From the human T2T-CHM13v2.0 reference genome, Homo sapiens: a stretch of 64,000 nucleotides of DNA. Below, one piece after another: positions 12,191 to 25,319 of the stretch (position 1 is the first letter of the stretch; each line of letters starts with the position of its first letter). The DNA is taken from the NCBI RefSeq assembly GCF_009914755.1, contig NC_060925.1; one strand, 5' to 3'. The position numbers were made by a program, and so were the translations under genes. The notes beneath the pieces are model-generated. The model did not search any database and had not been told where the DNA came from. It was given only the letters and a program-made list of their open reading frames with translations.

Positions 12191-14962
12191 CAACTACTTC
12201 ATGCTTAGTCATAGTAGAGTGCTCCTGAATAACAGTCGATTCTTTATATGAGATGCAATTACTGAGAACACAACTCCACTCTGACTGAGGAATCATAGGT
12301 CTCCCTGTAATATTTGATGCCATCATTATACTTAAAATCAGTTTATATTTGGTGGTAAAATAACGTTACAGGAGATGATATTCTATACCATTATCATTTG
12401 AGGAGAAAAACAAGAGTTGTTGTTTACTCAATTAAGTGTAACCCTTTATGTGACAACGTACAGGAAAAGAGAAATTCAAGGAAATTATACAAATTTTTAT
12501 GAGAAACTAGATCCAAAGATGTGAATAACACCTGTTTCAAGATTGATAAGAAATAATGAAATTTAGGGATATTTATAATATTTGAATTTTCTAGAGGTTA
12601 GAGAGAAGGAATCAATACTTAATTTCTTAGAAGAAAAAACAAAAATGAAGCAAAATCAAAGTATAAGTAGCCTAAATATCTCAAATAAAAAAGAGAAAGA
12701 CAATTCTGAGGTTATTTAATCTCCAATTAACTATAACATGCATAAATAAATACTTCATCTACTTTTCCCCCATTAAAAACTCTTCACCATTCTCATGCTT
12801 TCCCACTAAGAAAAATCTCTAAATTTCTTAACTTTTTAAAACATGTGATTAACATTTTACTCTTACAATCTTTTAACCTGAATCCAATCTTTTCTAGACA
12901 TAAAGAGAAAAGTATACTCAAATAAAAGAGACTGTACAAATCTTACAGGTACCACTTTTACATGAATTTGTAGTCTGTGAAGACAGAGAATTCATTCTAA
13001 AATATTCAGAAAACTCAAAAGAGATGGATGTCTTACTTAAGGTTATGTAGAAATCAATGTCACTTCTTAGCAATATTCACATTGTTTTACTTATTTGTTG
13101 CTGTCATTGCAATAGATACAAGCTCTTAATGTATATGATTTATAGAAGGAATTTCATGTTTTAAATCAAGTCCTGTGTTTACTATTTTTTTTTCTAGTCA
13201 TGGATCGTCTGGGGCTGCGTTGATGTTTGGATTAACTAAAAGGATCTAAAAGGACTTTCTGGGATATTGAAATGTTCTCTATCTTGAGTGTCTCCATTGT
13301 TAGCTCAGTATATACAGCTGTGAAAACTAATTGGTACATATTTTTATGTTAATTCACCCATGGAATTGATTTTAGAAAACTTTACAAAAATAAAAAAATT
13401 GTGTTTTAAAATAACAATTATTACCTATTTTTTAATCAATCTGATGACTCTTTTGAGTCATTTGATATGAATTAATCACTGATATAACTCATATCAATTA
13501 TATGAAATATAATTTATATATTAATATAATTATATTTAGTTACAAATAATATATTATTTATATCAGTTATATATAACTATATAGTTATATTTCATATAAT
13601 TGATCAAAAAAAATTTCCTGAACCTAGACGATGCTGAAATTCTCACGATTCTGTTAATGGAAAATTTAGTAATTTACCATGAGCCTGAGCCTGTGAAATA
13701 AGAGATTGTCTACATATAAGTTGTATATGCTTATCATTAATTAATCTATTTTTAATTTCTAGAATTTGTCATTAATACGTTTAACGAAATTCTATTATTT
13801 TTATTTTTTCTATGTACTGTTATTATATAAACAAAATATAATGATGATGTGATGATGGCAACAGATTTTTGCAATAAAACAAGAAAATATTTTTGCTAAC
13901 TTGTAAAGCCAAACATAAGGACGACATATTCCACAGTCAAATAAGTTTAGAAAATATTTAGTTCAAAAATTTAAAACAGAATTCTGTACTGCAGAACTTC
14001 TTAGGACTTTAATATAGTCACGTTTCATCATTCATTATAAGTAAAAATATACTATGCACTATTTCTCTTTATTTGAAAACCAAATATTTTTGTTTGTAGT
14101 ATTTTTCTCTTCCTCTGGTTTGTGCAATAAGTTTTGGGAAAAACTGATATAAATATTTCCATTTCCCAAAGGCACAACCATGTTTTTATATATTTTTTAT
14201 TTCTGTGGAGGGGTGCATTGAACGTTTCTTTTAGCAACTGTGATCTTGTACTTTAAACACTAATCTTGAGTAAAAGGGAAACGGAATGTCCTAAGTGGTT
14301 TATCATTTTAGAAGACTACACACAGTAGTGACATAAACTACAGAAAGCTTATATTGATTATACTAATTTGCATTCAAATCCCAAGCCCTGCTAACTATTC
14401 ACAACAAAATAATTGAAATATATATTACAAACTTTCCATATATGTGAATTTCAGTCTTTCCCAATACATGCAAGCAATAGCCCTATTGTTTACCAGCTTT
14501 CTACAAGCATGGCTATCTCTTTGTTACCTCTGAAATAAGACACAGCAACAGTTTGTTGTTTTAATTTAGCATGATCAATAATTTATACTCTTCTAAATAC
14601 ATGCATTTCTATCCAACTTTTCTATTTAATTATAAATTCCTTTAAGAGCATTACCATGAGTAATACTTAATCCATTACTATTTAATCCATTAAGTATTAA
14701 GTAATACTTAATCCAGAACATCTAACTAAATATCAAATACGTATTAGTGTACCAAAAATTTGTATATGGTTAGAAGGTGTATTTTCTTATTTTTCAATTT
14801 TTTAATCAGAGAGTTTGATATGATTGATGTGGCTTTTTTTCCTTGAATTTATGTTTTCAGAGGACATTTTGGTTTCAATTATGATAAAAATATATATTTG
14901 GTTTTGGCAAATTTTTCTTGAAATTTACCTATGCAGATTAACACCCTTCATGATTTAGCTGT

Positions 14963-15294
14963 GAATATATATATACATATATATACACACACATATAAAT
15001 ATATATATTTACATATTATATATATACACTATTATTTATATAATACATGTATATATGTGAATATATATAGTTGTATACGTCTATATACATATTGTATATA
15101 TATCTATAGTTATATATATAAATATTATACTATATGTACCTTATATAGAGTATATATAATATACTAGTATATATGTATATATTGTATACATATGTCTCCA
15201 ATATGTATTTTTGAATGCATATTGGATATAATGTATACATATCTTATATACATATTTAGTACATAATGTATCGATAGTATATACACTGTATATA
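14963..15294. repeat. (TA)-rich low-complexity tract
   Basis: direct inspection. Confidence 0.9.
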
Positions 15295-17580
15295 TAAAAT
15301 GGTTTGGCTCTGTGTCCCCACCCAAATCTCATCTTGGAGTTCCTATAAATCCTATGTGTTGTAGGAGGGACTTGGTGGGAGATAATTGAATCACGGGGAC
15401 ATTTTCCCCCATATTGTTCTCATGGTAGTGAATAAGTCTCATGAGATCTGATGGTTTGATAAAGTGAAACCTGTTTTTCTTGGCTTTCATTCTCTCTCTT
15501 GCTGCTGCCATGTGAGACATACCTTTCATCATCTGCCATGATTGTGAGGCTTCATCATCCACGTGGAACTGTTAAGTCCAATAAACCTCTTTCTTTTGTA
15601 AATTGCCCAGTCTCAGGTATGTCTTTAGCAGCAGTGTGAAAATAAACTAATACAGTAAATAGGTATCAAGAGTGGGGCATTACTGAAAAGATACTTGAAA
15701 ATGTGGAAGTGATTTGGAACTGGGTAACAGGCAGAGGCTGGAACAGTTTGGAGGGCCCAGTTAAAAAAAGAAAAATGTGGGAAAGTTTGGAACTCCCTAG
15801 AGAATTGTTGAATGGCTTTGCCTAAAATGCCGACAGTGACATGGACAATAAAGTCCAGGCTGAGGTGGTCTCATATGGAAATGAGGAACTTGTTGGGAAC
15901 TAGAGCAAGGGTGACCCCTGTTATGTTTTAGCAGAGAGACTGGTGGCATTTTGCCCCTGCCCTAGAGATTTGTGGAACTTTGAACTTGAGAGAGATGATG
16001 TAGGGTATCTGGTGGAAGAAATTTCTAAGCAGCAAAGCATTCAAGAGCTGGCTTGTGTGCTGTTAAAGACATTCAGATTTATAAAGAAAACAGAGAATGA
16101 AAGTTTGGAAAATTTACAGACTGAAAATGTGATGGAAAATAAAAATCCCATTTTCTGAAGAGAAAGTTAAGCCAGCTGCAGAAATGTGCATTAGCAACAA
16201 GGAGCCAAATGTTAATCAGTGAGCCAATAAGGAAAATGTTTTCAGAGCATGTCAGAGGTCTTCACCTCAGGCCCTCTCATCACAGACCTGGTATCGTGAG
16301 CCAGGCTCAGGGTCCCTCTGCTGTATGCAGTCTAGGGACTTGGTGCCCTGTGTCCCAGCCACTCCAGTCATGATTAAAAGTGGTCAAGGTAAAGCTCAAA
16401 CTGTTGCTTCAAAAGGTGCTAGCCCCAAGCCTTGACAGCTTCCATGTGGTGTTGAGCCTGCAGGTGCACAGAAGTCAAGAATTGAGGTTTGGGAACCTCC
16501 ACGTAGATTTCAGAAGATGTATGGAAATGCCTGGATACGCAAGCAGAAGTTTGCCGTAGGGGTGGGGCCCTTATGGAGAACCTCTGCTAGGGCAGTGCAG
16601 AAAGGAAATGCAGAGCCAGAGCCCCCACACAGAGTCACTACTGTGGCACCACCTAGTGGAGCTGTGAGAAGAGGCCCACTCTCCTCCAGACCCCAGAATG
16701 GTAGAAACACTGACAGCTTGCACCATGCACCTGGAAAAGCCGCAGACAATGCCAGCCTGTGAAAGCAGCTGAAAGGAAGGCTGTACCCTGCAAAGCCACA
16801 AGGGCAGAGCTGCCCAAGACCATAGAAGCCCACTTCTTGCATCAGCATGACCAGGACGTGAGATGTGGAGTCAAATAAGATCATTTTGGAGTTTTAAGAT
16901 TGGACTGCCCCACTAGATTTTTGACTTGTGTGGGGCCTGTAGCCTCTTTGTTTTGACCAATTTCTCTCATTTGGAATGGCTGTATCTACCCAACGCCTGT
17001 ACCCCAATTGTATCTTGGAAGTAACTAACTTGGTCTTGATTTTGCAGGCTCATAGGTGGAAGGGACTTGTCTTGTCTCAGAAGAGACTTTAGACTGTGAA
17101 CTTTTGAGAAAATGCTGAAATGAGATAGGACTTTGATGGAGTGTTGGGAAGGCATCATTGGTTTTGAAATGTGAAGACATGAGATTTGGGAGGGGCCAGG
17201 GATAGAATGATATGGTTTGGCTCGGTGTCCCCGCTCAAATCACATCTTGTAACTCCCATAATTCCCACATATGTGGAGGGACTTGGTGGGAGATAGTTTA
17301 ATCATGGGGGTGGTTTCTCCCATACTGTTCTGATGGTAGTGCATAAGTCTCACAAAATCTGGTGATTTAATAAGGGGAAACCCGTTTTGCTTGGCTCTCA
17401 TTCTCTCTCTTGTTGCTGCCATGTGAGACATGCCTTTCACTTTCCACCGTGATTGTGAGGCCTCTCCAGCCACATAGAACTGTAAGTCCAATAAACCTCT
17501 TTTTTTTTTTTTTTTTTTTTTTTGTAAATTGCCTAGTCTCGGGTATGTATTTATCAGCAGTGTGAAAACAAACTAAATTA
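15295..17580 (+). mobile_element. full-length THE1 (ERVL-MaLR) provirus: 5'LTR 15295-15654, internal 15655-17207, 3'LTR 17208-17580
   Basis: two homologous LTRs (TGGTTTGGCTC.GTGTCCCC...ACTAATACA), THE1-int sequence, polypurine tract GGGAGGGGCCAGGGATAGAA before the 3'LTR. Confidence 0.96.
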
Positions 17581-17589
17581 TATATATGC

Positions 17590-17641
<52 letters not shown>
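17581..17641. repeat. (TA)n(GA)n microsatellite
   Basis: direct inspection. Confidence 0.97.
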
Positions 17642-17642
<1 letters not shown>

Positions 17643-18889
17643 AGGTTTTTTATATTATTTCATGATCTGCTATAATAAAAATTTTAAAAGATTGAATCAT
17701 AACTACAGAGTAACTTCTTGTGCAAGGAAATTGTTGAATACATGAGGAAGGATTTAAGAGGAAAAAGACATATCAAAACAGTAAAAACTACTAGTTTCAA
17801 ATTTTATCAACATCTCAACATGAGAAGAGAAAAAGAACAAGTAGTTTTGTTGTAGTAGTAGTGTAGAAGAAGTAATTCAATTGACAATTATTTGATGGTG
17901 AGATTCAAATAGTTCTATTTCCCTATATTAAAAAAACTAAAAAGTTGGGGGGGCGGTGAGAAGGCAGAAAATAATTCATCTCCCTACATGGTTAGTTATT
18001 AATTTCCACATCTTTAAAACATGAATAAACATTTTAAAAAGCCTAACTAATAACCAAAATATTGTTCCCTAAATTTACCATCTTTTTATTAATAAGACAA
18101 TTGATACAACTTTATTCACTGAATGTTTGAGATTAATATATATGTGTACTTTGATGTTACTGCTGAACACCTGTTAACAATATGCCTTAGACAATTAGAA
18201 TCTTTAAAGGTAAAAAATATCCCACTGGTATTTTGGGCATATTCAGACAGTATTAAAAAAGTATTACTGTTTTAAATTAGTATTTCCATTTCTATATGAA
18301 GAACTATGTAAAAAATAGATAATACATGTTTTTATCTAGCTTTTAAATGTAATGTAAATTGGTCCTGTATCAGAATATACACTTGAGAATAAATCCAATT
18401 ATACCATATTAATCTATTTTTTCTACAAGAATCTCTTTAAATTATGTGGATTGTGTAGAAATATTATCAAAGTAATTTGTCAAGTTAAGTTTGGTCCCAT
18501 GAGCCTAAGAAATATTGTCTAGTTCTTATTCATGAGAAGAAGTGTATCCTCTTAACAGGGTTGACAGATTATAATGTGACTTCAATTCTGAAATGCATAT
18601 TTCTCCATTTTTACATATATGCATGTGGACTTTTTTCTTAAAATATTTTATTCATGAATAAGCCTAATTCAGAAATAATACAAGCATCTAACAATAAAAT
18701 TATACTGTTTATGGTTTGACTACATATTTAAGATAAAGACTTCCAAAGAAGGATAAAGCAAGCTATAAAATCTGCCTGCAGTAATTTAAACAAATGAAAT
18801 TTGTCTAATAATAATATATTATAATATTATGACATATGCCTGTATATTTTTGTAATATTATATGATATCACTATAAATATATTTGCTTT

Positions 18890-19385
18890 TATTTTTATAA
18901 CTATTCATCAAGAAAAGTATTAATATTATTTTTCTGATGGTGAAACTAAATTTTACAAAGGTTAAGTACTTGTCTAAGTTCACAAATGTAGTGTTAATAT
19001 GGAAGCAAAAAAGGGAGGTATGATCCACTCCTGAGGGCATATTAGTTCTTCTATATCATATACTTCTTTATACTTTTTAATCTGCGGACTTCAGAGAGTT
19101 TATGTCATGATATAATATTAATAATTGTTAATGTCGATTGAGCACTTAATATGTGTCAGACACTGTTCTAAATTATATCCCATGCATTTAACTAGTATAG
19201 GTTCAGTAGCAACCCTATAAAGTAGATGCTATTAATACTTCCATTTTAGAGATAAGAAAACTTATGTTTGGAGGAGACTAAACTTAGTAATTTGTTGAAG
19301 TTCTCACACCACCTAACTAGTAGGAAGAAGATTTAACCTAGCCATCCTACATTTGGAGGTAAGTCTAGATAATATCACAATTCTG
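18890..19385 (-). mobile_element. two degenerate MIR fragments
   Basis: AGGTTAAGTACTTGTCTAAGTTCACA; TTGAGCACTTAATATGTGTCAGACACTGTTCTA..CCATTTTAGAGATAAGAAAACT. Confidence 0.7.
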
Positions 19386-19624
19386 CCTCAGAATGCTTTC
19401 TAGGCTGATATGAGGATCCAGGATACCCTTGTTCAACTACCTCATACCACCAAGCTGAGACTTTACACTTCGTGATTAGTTTCGTGTGTCAACTTGGACA
19501 TGTAAAGTTGCAAAGATAGCACAGATTGTCCCCCAGTGTTCTTTACCCAGTTTCCATTATTGTTAATATTTTACATTGGCATGGAAAATTTATCAAAACT
19601 AAGAAACAAGTATTGGTACATGTA

Positions 19625-21188
19625 TCAGCCAGGTGGTAATTAAAAGGCTAAGGCAATTACCACTGGATACCTATGTTCTAAATATGTATCCTATATATGG
19701 TACTCTTTTTGTCATAGCCAAGATTTTGTGGTTTAGTAATCAATAAGTGGGAATGAGAGAAGGATCACTTACTATTTCTCCTAGTGACCCACTAGCAATC
19801 TTTTTGTTTTCTGTCTCTGTGCCTGCAACATTTTACTTTATTGCTCCAGTTAGTTCCAAAGAGAGGAATGTTTCTGCTAGGAGACACAAGAATTACCGTC
19901 TTGAAATGAAAATTATTAACTAATTAATCTTATTAATTTTATTGATTGATTAATTTAGTTAAATTACTGGCCACTTTGAATCCCTTGTGCCTCTGAATCT
20001 GATAAAGAAGGGAGTTACTGTAGTGTGTTGGGTGATTGATACTGACTGCCAAAAGAAAATTGAACTGCTATTACACAACAAAGGTAACGGGGAGTAAATC
20101 TGGGATATAGGAGGTGTCTTAAGGTATCTCTAAGGTTGTCATGTCTTATAGTTAAAGGTAATGGAAAACTATGACAATGTAAGTCAAAGAGGGCTACTAA
20201 TGGCCCTGACCCTTCGGTAATGAATATCACAAGAAGCAAAGAAGCAATGACCATCTAAGGTGCTTGGTGGGATCAAAGTGAAAATGAAATTAGTAGTAGA
20301 ATAAGGTAGTTATAAATATCAGCGACAACCAGATGGCCAGTTGAAAAACTGAGGACTGTAATTCTGCAATTGTTATCCATAGTTCTTTTTTATTTTGTTA
20401 TAAATATGTGTTTGTATATATTATTTATATTTATCCATGTTTTATTACATTCCTTCTCTTATTTTGTTCTCATCTTAAATAAGAAATATTAATATTATTT
20501 GAATTTGTATCACATTATTTAAGTTACAGAATTATTAAGGAGAATAATAAACCTGGCCCATGAACTTCACATCCTTTTCTGGGAAAAGGTTAGCAAGTTT
20601 TCAGTATATTATTTTAGCTACAAGTTTGACTTTGTTATTGTGTTTATTTGGAGATCAAATATGTTTTAAGACCATATGTACAGGTGCCAAGGTGACAAGG
20701 GGTGAACTGTGATACTGGTCAGTTTGGCAATAGTATACCCAGTTTGTCAATTAAACAATTATCTAGATGCTGTTGTAAATGTAGTTTTTAGGTATGGACT
20801 TACAATGAATTGATGTTAAGTAAAATATCTTTTATGATTCTAGCTTCATCCAATCAGTTGAAAACCCTTGATTGTAAAACTGAGGTTTCCCTGAGGAAGA
20901 ATAAATTGTGCCTCAAGATTGCAACATCAGCTCTGGGCCATGAGTTTCCAAACTAATGTCCAGCTCTATAGGTTTCAGACTTTCCAGTCTCCAAAATACA
21001 GAAGCTAATTCATATATGTTTGAACATATATGAATTGGCTTATACATATATATTTATTATGTATGTGTACTGACTTATTATTCCTTCTCTTATCACCTTC
21101 TTTGCATATAAATATGTAAGGAAATTATTTTAAATACATATAGGCTCCCTCCTATTGGCTTTGTTTCTCTGAAGAACCCTGACTGACA
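19625..21188 (+). mobile_element. ERVL remnant: 3' internal region (post-integrase/dUTPase-like, decayed) plus MLT2-type LTR (~20707-21188)
   Basis: CCTAGTGACCCACTAGCAA, GGAGTTACTGTAGTG..GGGTGATTGAT, PPT GCCAAGGTGACAAGGGGTGAAC followed by TGTGAT; LTR ends GAAGAACCCTGACTGACA. Confidence 0.78.
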
Positions 21189-21508
21189 TATGATTGAAGA
21201 AAAAAAAAGAGTAAGAAGATTATCAATTTATTAATTGAATCTTGTGGCAAAAATAAAGAAATGTGATATAAATTGCTAATTTGCTTCTCTTCCCAACCCT
21301 GTCCCCTGGTAGGATGTAATTATGATTCAGATGTTATTGCTTAGCAAGCATTTCCCTGTTGTGGACCATGGCATGGCTATTATCTCTTTTTAGCTTTTTT
21401 AATATGTAATTTCTAGAAAAGACTTTTGCATACTCTTTGTTATCTAAAAGTATTATCTAAATAAGCAAAATTTATCTGCTGGTATTCCACCCCAGATTAG
21501 GTCTTAGA

Positions 21509-21510
<2 letters not shown>

Positions 21511-21551
<41 letters not shown>

Positions 21552-21589
21552 ATGTGTGTGTATGTGTGTGTGTACATGTATATGTGTGT
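21511..21589. repeat. (TG)n microsatellite
   Basis: direct inspection. Confidence 0.98.
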
Positions 21590-22726
21590 CCTTCTTCCTT
21601 GCTTCAGAATTAGAATGCTTCTGATTGAAGCATCTTCAGTATGACTCTTACAGCAGACCTGACAGCTTACTTTTCATGGTTCATCTACTCCAAAGTTAGA
21701 AACCAACTTAATTAATTATGTCCTTAGTGGAATTCTATGTTTCTTAAGAAAGGGTCTCACTGATCAACAGAGTAGTATGCCAACTGTTGTAACATTTTAT
21801 ACTGAAACTGACGGAATATTCTCTATTTTTCTTACGGAAAAAAAATCCTATCAGTTATCTATAGGAACATTTGAACCACAGACTAACACTTCAGTAACTA
21901 TCATAAAGAAGAATTACATGAACAAGCTAAGCAATAAAGTACTACATGAAATAATAGTTAATTAAATGATGATGAAGTGTAACATAATTGAATAATAGTA
22001 AACTTTAAAAGCAAATAGTCTAATGACAACAAAAAGGTGAATCTTAAGAATTTTATAAATATAGCTTCATGTTAGTGGCAAAGTAATTATTTAAAACTAT
22101 GAAAGTTGATTAATTAGGGAGGAGAGTATTAGGACATCTTAAGTTGATGTCGAAGAGAATGACTAGAGATGTGCATTGAGTTGCCAAAGACAACTGGCTA
22201 AAACTCAAAGGACTAATTAAAATTTCAGTCCCAGATAAAAATGGGGCTGTAGCAGAATATCCATCAACCATAAAGAGCACTTCCACAAACACAGAAATAA
22301 ACAACAAAAAAATAATACAGTGTTCTTGGCTTCATTGTTCTGGACTTAACTAAGAACAAAGTGTCCCTGAGAGAAATGTGTTGAAAAAACATACCCCAAC
22401 TTTTTCAGAAATCAATCCTCTTTGGATCTTAATTTACCAGAACAAGACAAAATAAACATGTACTTGTGAACTAATATTAATGGAGACGAATATAGTGAAA
22501 ATTACAATTCCCTATTTGTACTTTGTCTAACCTTCCTTTCAAAGGAATGATGCTTGTGGAAATAGTATGCACTAATCTGATTTGAAAGTGAAACATGGCA
22601 GATAGTTTACACATGGTTGACTTGTTACCTAGCTGAAGAACAGACTATATTTCCAAATATTCTAAGTCAAATTAAATATTTTTTAGAAAATAATTTGAGA
22701 ACGAAGTTCATATTTGCAAAACATAG

Positions 22727-23015
<289 letters not shown>

Positions 23016-23029
23016 ATGATTAAAGAGTT

Positions 23030-23790
23030 TTGTGGTATTTGGCTTTTTCTTTCTGTGTTATTTAGCTTTTTCTTTCTGTGTTAATTCACTTAGGATAATA
23101 CCAGCCAGATGATTCATGTTGCTGCAAAAGACATGATCTCATTCTATGTGATGGCTTTAAAGTATTCCATGGTGTATATGTACCACATTTTCTTTATCCA
23201 GTCCACCACTGATGGACACTTACATTGATTCCATCACTTTGTTATTGTGAATAGTGCTACAATGAACATGCAAGTGCATGTGTGTTTTTGGTAGAATGCT
23301 TTGTTTGCTTTTGGGTATTTACTCAGTAATGGCAAAGCTGGATCGAATGGTAGTTTTACTTTAAATTCTTTGAGAAATCTCCAAACTGCTTTCCACAGTG
23401 GCTGAACTAATTTACATTTCCTCCAGTAATGCATAAGCATTTCCTTTTCTCCATAACCTTACCAGCTTCTGTTATTTTTTTGGCATTTTAATAATAGCCA
23501 TTTTGACTGGTGTTTGATGGTACCTCATTGTGGCTTTGATTTGCATTTATCTGATGATTACTGATGTTGAGCATTTTTTCCTATGCTTGTTGGCTCCATG
23601 TATGTCTTTTTTTGATAAGTGTTTGTTAATGTACTTTGCCCATTTTTAATGGTTTGTTTTTTTTGGCTTGTTGATTTGTTAAAGTTCCTTATAGATTCCG
23701 GATATTAGATCTTTGTTGGATGCAGAGTTTGTGAATATTTTCTCCCATTCTGTAGGTGGTCTGTTTACTCTGTTGATATTTTCCTTTGCT
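23030..23790 (-). mobile_element. L1 (PB/late PA) ORF2 C-terminal fragment
   Basis: ORF 23234-23440 KLVQPLWKAVWRFLKE..LPFDPA is the L1 ORF2p C-terminus. Confidence 0.9.
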
Positions 23791-24029
23791 TTTTCATATG
23801 CACTATAATTTAAGATATTTTAAAATGTAAAAATTATGCATCTTAGAATTGATGAAATATAGTTTTTGGTCACAGATAAATTAGTTATGAATATTTGTAA
23901 AGAATAATGAGTCATTAGAGACAAAAACATGAGCTCCGATTATCTAACATGGACATCTATAATCCTTTTCCTTGATATTTTCTCATAGTTAATACAAATT
24001 CACTTATGTTAGTCATGCCAAGATTCTTA

Positions 24030-24506
24030 AGGACTGAAGGTTGAATCAAGTTTCTCAAAAGATATGGATGTCCTAAACCTGCGTACCTGTGAATGTGACC
24101 GTTTTTACAATAAGGTCTTTGCTGATGATCAAAATAAGAAGAGGTCATTAGGGTGGGCTCTAATCCAATATAACTGTGTCCTTATAAAAAGGGGAAATTT
24201 TGAAACTGAAGCAGATGCTTATCAGAAGAGTGCCATATAAAGATGAAGAAAGAGATCTAAGTGAGATGAAGGCAAAGATCTAAGGTATTCATCTACCAGC
24301 TAGTAAATGTCAAAGATTGCCAACAAACTACTAGAAACTAGGATAAATACATGGAATAAATTCTCCTTTATAGCCCTTGGAAGTAACCAACCCTGCAGTG
24401 ACCTTGCTTTTAGACTGTTAAACTCCAGAAATTTGAGACAATAAATTACTGTTTAAGGCATCCACTTTGTGAAAATTTGCTATGGGATCCTTAGGAAATG
24501 AATACA
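24030..24506 (+). mobile_element. MLT1 (B/C-like) solo LTR
   Basis: TACCTGTGAATGTGACC, GGGTGGGCTCTAATCCAAT, TGAGACAATAAAT, ends GGAAATGAATACA. Confidence 0.85.
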
Positions 24507-25319
24507 CTGAAAAAAATAATAACTAAGATGACTTAATAATACTATAGCAAAAGTTTGTTGATGCTATTGCTTAATAACTGAAACAACAATTTGAATTTGT
24601 TTTTCATTAGTCTTCTAATAGGCTAATAACTAAATCAGACCCCCAATATTTCCAGCTTTGTTATATGTTGTCTGTATTTACTGCCACACTGTTCCTTCAG
24701 TAAGAATATGTATATAAAAATTTATAAAGGACCTGAGAAAGAAATAAAATATTTACCCCCACTAAATGTTCAAATAAAAAAATAAAATCTAACATTATGT
24801 GGTTTCTTAAATTGGCTAATATTCAGCACAGTAACAAATTCTAGAGATAACCAATGCTACAGACTGGAACACTTTTACTGCTTTAAGTGTGTATTCTCAG
24901 TTGAGGACGGGGTGGGTTGGGCTAAATTTTCATATTTTCTTCTTTCATTGAGTCTTTTCTGTTTTTGATTTTGTTTTCTTCAAAGGGCCTACTTTTCAGA
25001 TCTTTCTTACAGTTAGTTTTTTTTATTTTTTCAAAAATTACATTCTGATTACATTGGTCAGTGTTAGATTCTCTGTGCATCTTAGAAGAACCGCTGTGGC
25101 TTAGCCCTCATTTTTATCTGTTTATGTATAGAGGAGATGTAGTTTTAGAGAAAATATCTGGGATAAGCTAAGCCAAAATAAAACTATAAAAAGTAACAAG
25201 AATAATACAAAAATCATTTCTATAATATATGACTACTGAAATAATGATGCCACTTTTTATATGTACACATCAATATTTTTAGAAATTACACTACAAATAG
25301 CAAAATTTTGGTGCAGTTA

